Below, piece by piece: positions 26,509 to 36,007 of a stretch of DNA of 64,000 bases. The stretch is from Nitrospirota bacterium (lineage in GTDB: Bacteria > Nitrospirota > Thermodesulfovibrionia > Thermodesulfovibrionales > Dissulfurispiraceae). The position numbers and the translations under genes are program-made. Numbering within the stretch: position 1 is the stretch's first letter; every line of letters begins with the position of its first letter. The notes under the pieces were generated by a model that saw nothing but the letters and a program-made list of their open reading frames with translations, had not been told where the DNA came from and did not search any database. Where the stretch lies: contig CAVPZX010000005.1 in NCBI GenBank assembly GCA_963710375.1, forward strand, positions 192,001 through 256,000. The letters run 5' to 3'.

Positions 26509-27204
26509 TTAATCGATTTTCTTCATCAAATCAATAAATACTGCCAGAAGCACCTTGACCATATAATAAACTGCTCTTGAGATTGTTATCGACGATCTGC
26601 CGCTGGTGCGGGGACCTATTTCTGACGGCACTTCTACAATCTTCAACCTCTTTTTATGGGCAAGGATAAGGGCCTCCACCTCAGGATAGTCTTCAGAATA
26701 GATCGAACAGAAAAATTCGAGCGTTTTTTTTCCGTAAACCCGGAAGCCGGATGTGGTGTCTGTTATCCTTTGTCCTGTGATAGAGGAAACTACAAAGGAT
26801 AGTATCTTGGCGCCTATCCTCCTTTGCACCGACGATGTGAACCCGCCGTCTGAGAGAAATCTTGAGCCTACAACGAGGTCAGCGCCTTGAGAGACCCATG
26901 GCGCCAGTATCTTTTCGATCTGGTCTGCGTGGTGCTGCCCGTCTCCATCGAATTGTATGGCCGCGTCATATCCCTCCTGCAGAGCAAAGAGGAACCCTGC
27001 CTGCATGGCTCCGCCGATCCCAAGATTATATGGCAGATTTACGACCCTTGCACCCATATCCTCAGCTATGACCGGCGTCTTGTCCCGCGAGCCGTCGTTA
27101 ATGACAACTATATCTCCAACAGGGAAGTTGTCCCTTAGGTCCTGGATTACCCTGTTAATGCATCCTTCTTCATTATACGCCGGTATGATTACAAGTATAC
27201 GCAC
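26509..27204 (-). CDS. GT2 glycosyltransferase, polyprenol-phosphate sugar synthase-like
   Basis: IIPAYNE, INDGSRD, NLGIGGA, QFDGDGQH, GSRF, DTTSGFR. Confidence 0.9.
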   Translation of the reverse strand: MRILVIIPAYNEEGCINRVIQDLRDNFPVGDIVVINDGSRDKTPVIAEDMGARVVNLPYNLGIGGAMQAGFLFALQEGYDAAIQFDGDGQHHADQIEKILAPWVSQGADLVVGSRFLSDGGFTSSVQRRIGAKILSFVVSSITGQRITDTTSGFRVYGKKTLEFFCSIYSEDYPEVEALILAHKKRLKIVEVPSEIGPRTSGRSSITISRAVYYMVKVLLAVFIDLMKKID

Positions 27205-28227
27205 TTAGTCCCTCAGCACAAGTTCAGCCGCTGTAATAATGTTCATATTCAAAAGATCTTTATATTTTTCTATAGATAGCCGCTTTGAACCCCAAATCCT
27301 TTTCCTTTTTTTCAACGCTGCAGGCAGTCCGGCGATAGCGCCATACCATGCCTTGAGGACAACACCAATAAGATTTAAACTTCCGCCGCCCTGGGCAAAC
27401 CTTGCCACGCTGCCTTTGTCTGATAAGAGCCCGTAAAACTGAACAACGTATCTCCATATGGTATAAAACGGGAACAATAATATAAACGATGCCGGAAGGT
27501 CCTTCATAAGCACCCAGAAGCGGTTCCTTTCGATGTGATAGGCCTTAAACCCTGAATATGGTCCGCCTGTCTGTGAATACAAATGCCTGACAGTTGCCTG
27601 AGGAGCCAACACCGCCTTCCAACCCGCCAGCCTCGCCCTTAAACCGAGGTCAGCGTCCTCGCAGTAGCAAAAGAAATCTTCGTCGAAACCGCCGATGTCC
27701 TTCAGCATATCACCCCTGTAAAGGGCGGCGCAAGCGCTCGGGAAAAGCACCTCTCCGATGTTGTCGAATTGTCCGCTATCTATCTCGCCCCTTCCCCTCT
27801 GACGGGACATTCCGTCGGGGTATATAAGCATTCCCGCAGAATCCAACTCTCTTCCCTCTCGTCCAAGGAATATCTTAGAGGCCACCATGCCCACTAAGGG
27901 GTCCGATTCGGCAGCCTCGTACAATGCTTTGAGCCACCCGCTGTTTGCTATAGTGTCGTTATTCAGAGTAACTATATACCGGGCAGAAGAAGTTGCAAAG
28001 CCTGTATTGTTCCCCTCTGCAAAACCTGTGTTTTTTGCGAGACCGATGACCCTCACCCAGGGGAAATCATTCCTTATGAGATCAAGTGAGCTGTCTGTCG
28101 AGCCGTTGTCAACCACGATAACCTCGAAATCACTGAAGGTCTGGCAAGCAAGCGATACAATACAGTCGCGCAGATACCTTTCACCGTTCAGATTGACTAT
28201 TATAACCGATATAACTGGAGATGGCAT
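27205..28227 (-). CDS. GT2 family glycosyltransferase
   Basis: VVDNGSTD, NTGFAEGNN, LNNDT, GGFDEDFFCYCEDADL. Confidence 0.9.
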   Translation of the reverse strand: MPSPVISVIIVNLNGERYLRDCIVSLACQTFSDFEVIVVDNGSTDSSLDLIRNDFPWVRVIGLAKNTGFAEGNNTGFATSSARYIVTLNNDTIANSGWLKALYEAAESDPLVGMVASKIFLGREGRELDSAGMLIYPDGMSRQRGRGEIDSGQFDNIGEVLFPSACAALYRGDMLKDIGGFDEDFFCYCEDADLGLRARLAGWKAVLAPQATVRHLYSQTGGPYSGFKAYHIERNRFWVLMKDLPASFILLFPFYTIWRYVVQFYGLLSDKGSVARFAQGGGSLNLIGVVLKAWYGAIAGLPAALKKRKRIWGSKRLSIEKYKDLLNMNIITAAELVLRD

Positions 28228-28322
28228 ATCCCTGTATTAATCCCAAAAAAGATCCCCATATTTTGTTATATCATTATAACACTTCCTATTTGCCCTCGAT
28301 TGTTACCGCAACAAGATAAAAG

Positions 28323-28346
28323 CCCTCATTATTATAATAATGAGGG
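28323..28346. promoter_or_regulatory. Perfect 24-bp palindrome in divergent intergenic region (candidate operator)
   Basis: ccctcattattataataatgaggg equals its own reverse complement. Confidence 0.6.
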
Positions 28347-28462
28347 TATGAGGTGATGGCGTGGTGAGTTCTAGGAGTGGTATCTTATGTGGTATGATAA
28401 CAAAAACCAGATCATTAGACACTAATGATCTGTCATGCTTGAAAAGAGATACAAAAGCACAA

Positions 28463-29437
28463 ATGACTTCACACTTATATAAACAAAAACAATCGTTGGA
28501 ATTTTATGAAGATAGGTATGAAAAAGGATACATGGATGAATGGCCTGCTGAAAAAAAAAGAATTGTAAATGAAGTAATTCAGGAGATTAATCTGCCGGCT
28601 AAAGGTGAGGCATTGGATTTTGGATGTGGGAATGGGGTCCTTACGGAAATTATTCAGCAAGTACTTCCTTCTTGGAAAATATTCGGCACTGATTTAAGCA
28701 AGAAAGCTATTGATAATGCAAGGATACGCTATCCAAACTGTACTTTTTTTGAAGTAAACAGCCCGGATTTTACACGAAAGAAGTTTGATTTTGTCTTTAC
28801 ACACCACGTTTTTGAACATGTATATAATTTAAGTGACGTGTTTGATCAGATGAACGAATATCTAAAACCAGAATCTGCAATGCTTCACTTTTTACCTTGT
28901 GGAAATGAAGGAAGCTATGAATATAATATTTGCAAATTGCGAAAAGATGGGATTAATGCTGAACTTGAAAACCGGTTCTTTTTTGAAGATGAAAGTCATG
29001 TTCGAAGATTAACCACAGATGATTTCTGTAACCTCTGTCGAACTAAAGGTTTTCACTTAAATAAATCTTTTTATTTAAGTCAATACTATGGCGCAATAAA
29101 TTGGATTACAAATTCTCATCCCAGGTTTGTACTGATGTTTTCTGATAGTTCTCAGGCTGTTGATAAAAAGGCTGAACAAAAGTTAAAGAAAACCAGGATG
29201 TACTTGATTGTTATAACCTTACTACGGCTGCCTGCAAAGATTGTTGCAAAACTTTTGCCAAAAAAGAATAAACAATTCAAACACTATTTATTATTGCTAA
29301 TGGGATTACCTTTTTTCGTGTTTTCAAACCATATTGATAAGTATTGGAAAAGAAAAGCCAGAGATGAATGGGAAACAAAGAAGTTTGAGCGTAATGGCAG
29401 TGAAATGTGTTTGTACTTTAAGAGAAGTTTGAGATAA
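28463..29437 (+). CDS. Class I SAM-dependent methyltransferase
   Basis: ALDFGCGNG motif I, FDFVFTHHVFEH. Start uncertain (28361/28394/28463); visibly AT-rich. Confidence 0.85.
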   Translation: MTSHLYKQKQSLEFYEDRYEKGYMDEWPAEKKRIVNEVIQEINLPAKGEALDFGCGNGVLTEIIQQVLPSWKIFGTDLSKKAIDNARIRYPNCTFFEVNSPDFTRKKFDFVFTHHVFEHVYNLSDVFDQMNEYLKPESAMLHFLPCGNEGSYEYNICKLRKDGINAELENRFFFEDESHVRRLTTDDFCNLCRTKGFHLNKSFYLSQYYGAINWITNSHPRFVLMFSDSSQAVDKKAEQKLKKTRMYLIVITLLRLPAKIVAKLLPKKNKQFKHYLLLLMGLPFFVFSNHIDKYWKRKARDEWETKKFERNGSEMCLYFKRSLR

Positions 29438-29477
29438 GGATTAACAATACATTGTTTTGGGATGAGGCGCCTTATAA

Positions 29478-30567
29478 ATGAAGCTGTCTAATTTTACTAA
29501 AGGCAGAGACAACAATTTCAATCTAATCCGGATTCTCGCAGCACTTTCTGTACTTATATACCACAGACTGCTTGCTGACAGCTACCCAGGATCCGGTGCT
29601 AGGGAGACTTGGCCTTACCCTGGGTTCAATTGGAGTTGATATTTTTTTCATTATTAGCGGCTTTCTTGTCACCGCCAGTATATTAAATAGACAAAGCGTT
29701 ATTGAATTTTTTTGGGCCAGAGTCCTTCGAATATTTCCGGCGCTGCTGATAATGCTGCTCTTGACCGTCTTCGTGCTTGGCAGTTTCTTTACCTCATTGC
29801 CTAAGATAACTTACCTGACCCAACCCATGACAATTAACTATTTTTTGAAAGGCGCAACCCTAATCACCGGAGTTGACTACATTTTACCGGGAGTTTTTAC
29901 CGGCAACCGATACGCGTACTATTTCAACGGGTCTCTTTGGTCGTTGCCCCTTGAAATAAGATTGTACTTAGCGTTGGCTGTTATATGGGTTGTGGTTCGA
30001 GCAATAAAGAGGAGTAGTTTAAGACTATTTCAAATAGCGATTGTTATTAATTTCGTTGCAGCTTTTGTTGTAGTTGCTCTTAATAACTTCGAAATGCATC
30101 ATATTTTTCCCCAAAGGGCCCACTTAATGTTCTTTTACGGTGCAGCCTTTTATATTCTGAAAGAACATATAACGCTATCTCGCTGGTGCTTCTGGTTGCT
30201 TTGTTTTGCTCTTCTGGCAGCAGCTATTACCAGTAAATATGTGTTCGTTATCACGTACGTGCTGATCGTTCCCTATATTGTATTCTACCTTGCATATATA
30301 CCTTCCGGATTCATCAGAAAATACAATCAAGTAGGGGATTACTCTTACGGCGTCTACATATATGCTTTTCCTATACAGCAATCAGTCGAAGCATTGGTTC
30401 CCGGACTTTCAGCTTTGTCTATGCTATGGATCTCAGCTTCCATTACTATCTTTGTGGCAGCACTTTCCTGGCATCTCTTAGAGCAACGTGCTCTCGGTTT
30501 AAAAGTACTTTACGTGGGTCACACCAAAAATACTCTCTCACGTTTCTTCCCTTATCACGTAAAATAA
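29478..30567 (+). CDS. Membrane acyltransferase (OafA/acyltransferase-3 type); +1 frameshift near 29567
   Basis: ATG 29478 gives MKLSNFTKGRDNNFNLIRILAA.SV..YH. Removing one base joins it to the ORF with GVDIFFIISGFL, RIFP, NGSLWSL and GDYSYGVYIY. Confidence 0.85.
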
Positions 30568-30610
30568 GATTCCCACGGCAGTATCCATGACCTCTGTCCG
30601 GCAAAAAGTC

Positions 30611-30656
30611 TTGAATTTGCTTAGTTCCCTATGTTATTGTTCATATCATGAACAAT
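30611..30656 (+). promoter_or_regulatory. Putative promoter plus palindromic operator overlapping the regulator start codon
   Basis: TTGAAT (30611) ... TGtTATTGT (30632-30640); attgttcat-atc-atgaacaat (30636-30656). Confidence 0.6.
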
Positions 30657-31247
30657 GTTCCAGACTCGGAGAAGCGCGGTTCACTGCACATACTTACCGA
30701 ACTTTCTGACAATGACTCTCTGACCCAGAGGGACCTCAGCAGCAGCCTTGGCATAGCATTGGGCCTGGTGAACTCTTACATCAAGAACCTTATGGCAAAG
30801 GGCTTCATCACTGTCAAGGCCATACCACGCAGACGATACGCATATTATCTGACCCCAAAGGGTTTTGCCGAAAAGACCCGCCTTGCTTATGATCTTTTGC
30901 ACGATTATACGAGGATTTATCAGGAAGCGAGGTCAAATCTCAAGCGGCTGTTCGCCGAACTCAGTTCTGACGGCGTAAAGAGGGTAGTCTTTGCGGGCGC
31001 TGATGAGGTGGCAGAGATTGCGTACCTTACGCTGCTGGAGACGAACGTCGAGCTTACCGGCGTTGTTGATGAAGAAATGGCAGGAAAGAAGTTTTTTGGC
31101 AGGGATATAAAACCTTGTGCCGCAGTTGACAGCACGGCATATGATTGCATAATCGTTACTTCGTATCTTAAGAGGGAAACGATATATAAAAAGCTTATCA
31201 GCAGCAAAGTGAGGAAGGAAGACATAAAAGTCATCTTCCCTTTTTGA
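30648..31247 (+). CDS. Winged-helix (MarR-like, polysaccharide-locus-associated) transcriptional regulator with C-terminal Rossmann-like domain
   Basis: TQRDLS..LGIALGLVNSYIK.L..KG, YYLTPKGF.EK; C-terminal VFAGADEVAE. Confidence 0.88.
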   Translation: MNNVPDSEKRGSLHILTELSDNDSLTQRDLSSSLGIALGLVNSYIKNLMAKGFITVKAIPRRRYAYYLTPKGFAEKTRLAYDLLHDYTRIYQEARSNLKRLFAELSSDGVKRVVFAGADEVAEIAYLTLLETNVELTGVVDEEMAGKKFFGRDIKPCAAVDSTAYDCIIVTSYLKRETIYKKLISSKVRKEDIKVIFPF

Positions 31248-31250
31248 AAC

Positions 31251-31282
31251 GCCTGCCGGTTTAAGGTTTTTTACCGGCAGGC
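31251..31282. repeat. GC-rich hairpin after the regulator (REP-like or terminator)
   Basis: gcctgccggt-N12-accggcaggc, perfect 10-bp stem. Confidence 0.65.
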
Positions 31283-31439
31283 ATTAGAGCGCCCTGAATG
31301 ACGGTACGGGCAACAGATAACTTATACGAACAGGCCACAAAAAGACCTGAATGGCGGCAGCCTGTTCGCTTTTTGGTTTGCTCATGGCAAAGCACCCGGA
31401 TTCCACTATCACGTCGGGGAATGACGTTAAGTATTCTTT

Positions 31440-32438
31440 ATGGGATTAAAGAATAAAAAAGTTTTAGTCACCGGGGCAGATGGCTTTATAGGCAGTCACC
31501 TTGTTGAGAAACTGCTCTCGGAAGGATGTCGTGTTAAGGCATTTGTTTATTACAATTCATTTAATTCCTGGGGATGGCTGGATAGCCTTTCTAAGGAGAA
31601 ACTGGAATGCCTTGAAATCTTCGCCGGCGATGTGAGAGACCCTAATGGAGTCAGGAAAGCCGTAAAAGGGGCTGATATAGTTTTTCATTTGGCCGCATTA
31701 ATTGGAATCCCGTTTTCATATCATTCACCTGATTCCTATATTGACACGAACATCAAAGGTACTCTGAATGTGCTCCAGGCTTGCAGGGATTTTGATGTAG
31801 GGCGGACTGTCATCACATCCACCTCTGAGGTATATGGGACAGCCAGGTATGTGCCTATAGATGAAAAGCATCCGCTTCAGGGGCAATCCCCTTACTCTGC
31901 TTCGAAAATAGGAGCTGATAAGATTGCAGAATCATTCTATCGTTCTTTTAACACCCCTGTTGTCATAGCGCGACCTTTTAATACCTATGGCCCCCGCCAA
32001 TCTGCAAGAGCCATTGTCCCAACTATTATTACACAGTTGTTGAATGGCGCGGACGAAATGTATCTGGGATCACTCCACCCTACAAGAGATTTGAATTATG
32101 TTTCAGACATCTGCAGGGGCTTTATCTCCCTTGCCTGTTGCGATGAGGCGGTTGGCAGAGAGGTCAATATCGGTTCCGGACAGGAGATTTCCATAGGCGA
32201 TCTTGCAGAATTGATAATCTCACTTTTCAATTCGAATGCCAAAGTTGTTACTGAGGAAACTAGAAGAAGGCCTGAAAAAAGCGAGGTCGAACGTCTGCTT
32301 TGCGACAATGGATTGATAAAACAGCTTACCGGATGGCAACCCGAATTCTCTTTAAAAAAAGGACTTGAGCAAACAATCGAATGGTTTAGAGATACAAACA
32401 ACCTCAGTAAATATAAAGGGAATATTTATAATGTCTGA
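31440..32438 (+). CDS. legB: NAD-dependent nucleotide-sugar 4,6-dehydratase (LegB-like)
   Basis: TGADGFIGSHL, YNSFNSWGWLD, LIGIPFSY, QSPYSASK, RPFNTYGPRQS. Confidence 0.85.
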   Translation: MGLKNKKVLVTGADGFIGSHLVEKLLSEGCRVKAFVYYNSFNSWGWLDSLSKEKLECLEIFAGDVRDPNGVRKAVKGADIVFHLAALIGIPFSYHSPDSYIDTNIKGTLNVLQACRDFDVGRTVITSTSEVYGTARYVPIDEKHPLQGQSPYSASKIGADKIAESFYRSFNTPVVIARPFNTYGPRQSARAIVPTIITQLLNGADEMYLGSLHPTRDLNYVSDICRGFISLACCDEAVGREVNIGSGQEISIGDLAELIISLFNSNAKVVTEETRRRPEKSEVERLLCDNGLIKQLTGWQPEFSLKKGLEQTIEWFRDTNNLSKYKGNIYNV

Positions 32439-33600
32439 TAGTAATACAAGAAATGTAATTCCATTGTCCGAGCCTGAGATATCAGGTAACGAATGGAAGT
32501 ATATAAAGGATTGTCTCGATACCGGATGGGTTTCCTCCGCAGGGGAATATGTCAATCGCTTTGAAAAAATGGTGGCCGATTATGTCGATAGCAAGTATGC
32601 GGTTGCAACAGTTAATGGAACTTCTGCGCTTCATATAAGTCTTTTGCTGTGCGGCGTTGAGCCGGGCGATGAAGTTATTGTGCCGGCACTCACGTTCGTC
32701 GCACCCGTCAACACAGTGAGGTATTGCGGAGCACATCCAGTTTTTATGGATTGCGACCGTTCAACACTTTGCATGGATTTTGGAAAAATGAATGACTTCC
32801 TGTCCTATGAATGCGAACAGCGTAAAAATGGGCATACCTATAATAAAAAAACAGGCAGAAGGATACGAGCGGTCATTCCTGTGCATGTATTCGGACACCC
32901 TGCTGACATGGATCAAATATCGGCTATTTGCGCGGCAAATAATATCGAAATAATTGAGGACGCTACAGAGAGTCTCGGCTCTAAATACAAAGGTAAACAG
33001 ACAGGCACGTTCGGCAAGATTGGCTGCCTCTCATTCAACGGGAATAAAATTATAACTACCGGAGGAGGCGGCATGGTTATCACCGACGACAATACGATTG
33101 CGGAGAGGGCAAGGCATTTAACAACTCAGGCCAGGAGCGATTCATTTGAATATGACCATGACGAAATAGGGTATAATTATCGTCTTTCCAGTGTACAGGC
33201 TGCCATTGGTGTCGCGCAGATGGAGAGGCTTGATCATTTCGTGACCGCAAAAAGAAAAAAAGCACTTTTATATAGAGAAATGCTCTCGAATATCGAACAG
33301 GTTGAATTTTTATGGGAGAAAGAACAGGTAAGAAGTAATTTCTGGTTTTATACCATAAGAGTACCGAAGGGCCACAAGAGAGCATTAATGGAGCACCTGA
33401 TTTCAAACAATATTCAAGTTAGGCCGATATGGAAATTGATACATACACTTCCTATGTATAACGACTGCCAATCGTACAGGATCGAAAAGGCTCTCGAAGC
33501 TTATGACAAATCTATAAATATTCCGTGCAGTGTCAATTTGACTACCGGAGATATTGAAACGGTCGCAGAAAATATTAAAAGTTATTTTCTTATGAGCTGA
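32431..33600 (+). CDS. legC: LegC-family PLP aminotransferase
   Basis: WVSSAG.YV, NGTSALH, SFNGNKIITTGGGG, GYNYR. Confidence 0.88.
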   Translation: MSDSNTRNVIPLSEPEISGNEWKYIKDCLDTGWVSSAGEYVNRFEKMVADYVDSKYAVATVNGTSALHISLLLCGVEPGDEVIVPALTFVAPVNTVRYCGAHPVFMDCDRSTLCMDFGKMNDFLSYECEQRKNGHTYNKKTGRRIRAVIPVHVFGHPADMDQISAICAANNIEIIEDATESLGSKYKGKQTGTFGKIGCLSFNGNKIITTGGGGMVITDDNTIAERARHLTTQARSDSFEYDHDEIGYNYRLSSVQAAIGVAQMERLDHFVTAKRKKALLYREMLSNIEQVEFLWEKEQVRSNFWFYTIRVPKGHKRALMEHLISNNIQVRPIWKLIHTLPMYNDCQSYRIEKALEAYDKSINIPCSVNLTTGDIETVAENIKSYFLMS

Positions 33601-33603
33601 CAA

Positions 33604-34266
33604 ATGAAGGTGTTATTCTTAGCGAAACAAAGGCCTTTTTCGGATGATGCAGCCGGAATCATTAAGTCCAATTTTTCCTCTTCGTCCAGGATAATATTTG
33701 GAAGCGGAGATGAGCCATTTCCGGCTCAATTGCTGACCGACAATTTTGATTACATCATCTCGTACATATCTCCCTGGATAGTTCCTGGACAGGTACTCGG
33801 GAACGCCAAGATAGCGGCAATAAATCTTCATCCTGGGCCGCCCGAGTATCCTGGAATAGGTTGTACTAATTTTGCGCTGTATAATAACGAGAAGGACTTC
33901 GGCATTACGGTTCATCATATGAATGAGAAGGTCGATACAGGAAGAATCATCATGGTTAAGAGGTTCCCTATTTTCAATAACGATACGGTTTATTCTCTTA
34001 CGCAGCGATGTTACTCCTATGTATATGTTGCCTTTATTGAGATGATTTCCTTTATCCTTGAAGGCAAATCCTTACCAGCATCTGACGAGCAGTGGAAAAG
34101 GGAACCTTTTACGAGAAAAGAACTAAACGCTCTCTGCGAGGTTTCGGCAGATATGTCCGATTACGAAATCAAAAGGCGCATAAAGGCAACTACTTATCCC
34201 GGTATGCCGGGGGCTTTTGTCAGGCTGTCTGGAAACAGGTTTCTGGCCGATAATTCATCCAAATAA
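33604..34266 (+). CDS. Formyltransferase-family protein (sugar N-formyltransferase)
   Basis: INLHPGPPEYPG, GITVHHM.EKVDTG.I. Confidence 0.8.
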   Translation: MKVLFLAKQRPFSDDAAGIIKSNFSSSSRIIFGSGDEPFPAQLLTDNFDYIISYISPWIVPGQVLGNAKIAAINLHPGPPEYPGIGCTNFALYNNEKDFGITVHHMNEKVDTGRIIMVKRFPIFNNDTVYSLTQRCYSYVYVAFIEMISFILEGKSLPASDEQWKREPFTRKELNALCEVSADMSDYEIKRRIKATTYPGMPGAFVRLSGNRFLADNSSK

Positions 34267-34285
34267 AGATTTCTAAGGACAGAAG

Positions 34286-35287
34286 ATGAGGACCTTTATT
34301 ATCGCAGAAGCAGGCGTTAACCATAATGGAAACATTGAAACAGCGAAGAGAATGATAGACTCTGCTGTCGATGCCGGCGCTGACGCTATAAAATTTCAAA
34401 CATTCAGAGCGGAGAACCTTGTAAGCAAAAATGCTCCAAAGGCTGAATATCAAAAAAGAAATACGGATACCGCAGAGTCCCAATTAGATATGCTCAAGAG
34501 GCTTGAATTAAACAGGGAGGCTCATGTAGAGCTTCTAGACTACTGCGGCAATAAAAAGATACAGTTTCTTTCAACGCCGTTCGACACTGAGGGCGTTGAC
34601 TTGCTTTATTCTCTCGGGCTCGGGATATTCAAGATACCGTCAGGTGAGATAACGAATCTTCCTTATCTCAGGAAGATCGGAAGTCTGAAGAAGAGAGTTA
34701 TACTTTCCACGGGGATGTCGGATTGCGGCGAAATTGAAGACGCTCTCAATATATTGATTTCTGCGGGTACAGACAAAGACCATATAACAATACTTCATTG
34801 CAATACAGAATATCCCACACCGTATGAGGATGTAAATCTGCTCGCAATGGTGACAATCAGGGATGTTTTTAAAGTTAAGGTTGGATATTCTGATCATACT
34901 TTAGGCATTGAGGTGTCTGTTGCTGCTGTGGCATTGGGTGCAACAGTTATTGAAAAACACTTTACTTTGGATAAGAACATGCCTGGCCCTGACCATAAAG
35001 CGTCTCTGGAACCGGATGAATTTAAGGGCATGGTCCTGGCGATCCGCAATATCGAAAAGTCACTGGGGACCGGCCTTAAGCAGGCGTCACCCTCGGAGTT
35101 GAAAAACAGGCACACTGCTCGCAAAAGTATTGTGGCCTCTCGGGACATCATGGCAGGAGAACTCTTCAGCGAAGGCAATATCACCGGCAAACGCCCGGAC
35201 ACGGGCATCAGTCTAATGGAGTGGGATAAAGTCGTCGGCAGGAAAGCATTAAAAAATTTTAAAAAAGATGATTTCATAATAATCTGA
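34286..35287 (+). CDS. neuB: Nonulosonic acid synthase (NeuB/LegI) with C-terminal SAF domain
   Basis: IIAEAGVNHNG, KFQTF, KIPSGE, STGM, LHCNTEYP, GYSDHT, IEKHFTLD, RKSIVA. Confidence 0.95.
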   Translation: MRTFIIAEAGVNHNGNIETAKRMIDSAVDAGADAIKFQTFRAENLVSKNAPKAEYQKRNTDTAESQLDMLKRLELNREAHVELLDYCGNKKIQFLSTPFDTEGVDLLYSLGLGIFKIPSGEITNLPYLRKIGSLKKRVILSTGMSDCGEIEDALNILISAGTDKDHITILHCNTEYPTPYEDVNLLAMVTIRDVFKVKVGYSDHTLGIEVSVAAVALGATVIEKHFTLDKNMPGPDHKASLEPDEFKGMVLAIRNIEKSLGTGLKQASPSELKNRHTARKSIVASRDIMAGELFSEGNITGKRPDTGISLMEWDKVVGRKALKNFKKDDFIII

Positions 35288-35296
35288 TATCTCAGA

Positions 35297-35992
35297 ATGA
35301 TAGTTGCAATTCATCAACCCAGCTATTTTCCCTGGCTCGGCCTTTTGCACAAGATATATAAGAGTGATTATTTTATTTTGATGGATGAAGTCCAGTTGGC
35401 AGACAGGGCTTATCAGCACAGAAATCTTTTTCTAAGCATACAAGGGAAAGCTCACTATTTAACTATTCCTTTCCATAAGACAGGCTATAGGGACAAGAAA
35501 ATCAAGGATCTGCTTGTTTATGGAAACGGATGGCAAAAAAGTCATGAGAAATTTATCCGTTATAACTACAAACATTCAGCATATTTCGACGAGATATATG
35601 GTAAGCTTGAAGCCTTTTATTCTAAAGAATACCATTTCTTGCTTGATGCCTTAAAAGAGTCGATGAGGATAAGTATGGACTTTTTTAATATAAAGACCAA
35701 GCTGGTCCAACAGAGTGAACTCAACTATAATACCGATAGTAAAAAAAGCGATTTGATTCTTGCGCTGGTAAAATCGGTGGGAGGGAATATATATCTGTCA
35801 GGTACAGGGGCCAAAGACTATTTGAAGGATGAAGACTTTGAGACAGCACAGATCAGTTTGATCTTTAATACATTTAGTCATCCGGTTTATCAGCAGATCA
35901 ACTCGAAAGAATTTATTCCAGGATTGGCATGCCTTGATGTTTTATTTAGTCTGGGCATAGAAAAATCAAGAACGCTGTTGGGCCTGATCTGA
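35297..35992 (+). CDS. WbqC-family protein
   Basis: IHQP.YFPWLG, YQHRN, YLSGTGAKDY, HPVY.Q, LD.LF. Confidence 0.88.
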   Translation: MIVAIHQPSYFPWLGLLHKIYKSDYFILMDEVQLADRAYQHRNLFLSIQGKAHYLTIPFHKTGYRDKKIKDLLVYGNGWQKSHEKFIRYNYKHSAYFDEIYGKLEAFYSKEYHFLLDALKESMRISMDFFNIKTKLVQQSELNYNTDSKKSDLILALVKSVGGNIYLSGTGAKDYLKDEDFETAQISLIFNTFSHPVYQQINSKEFIPGLACLDVLFSLGIEKSRTLLGLI

Positions 35993-36007
35993 ATTGGATA
36001 TAATTTC

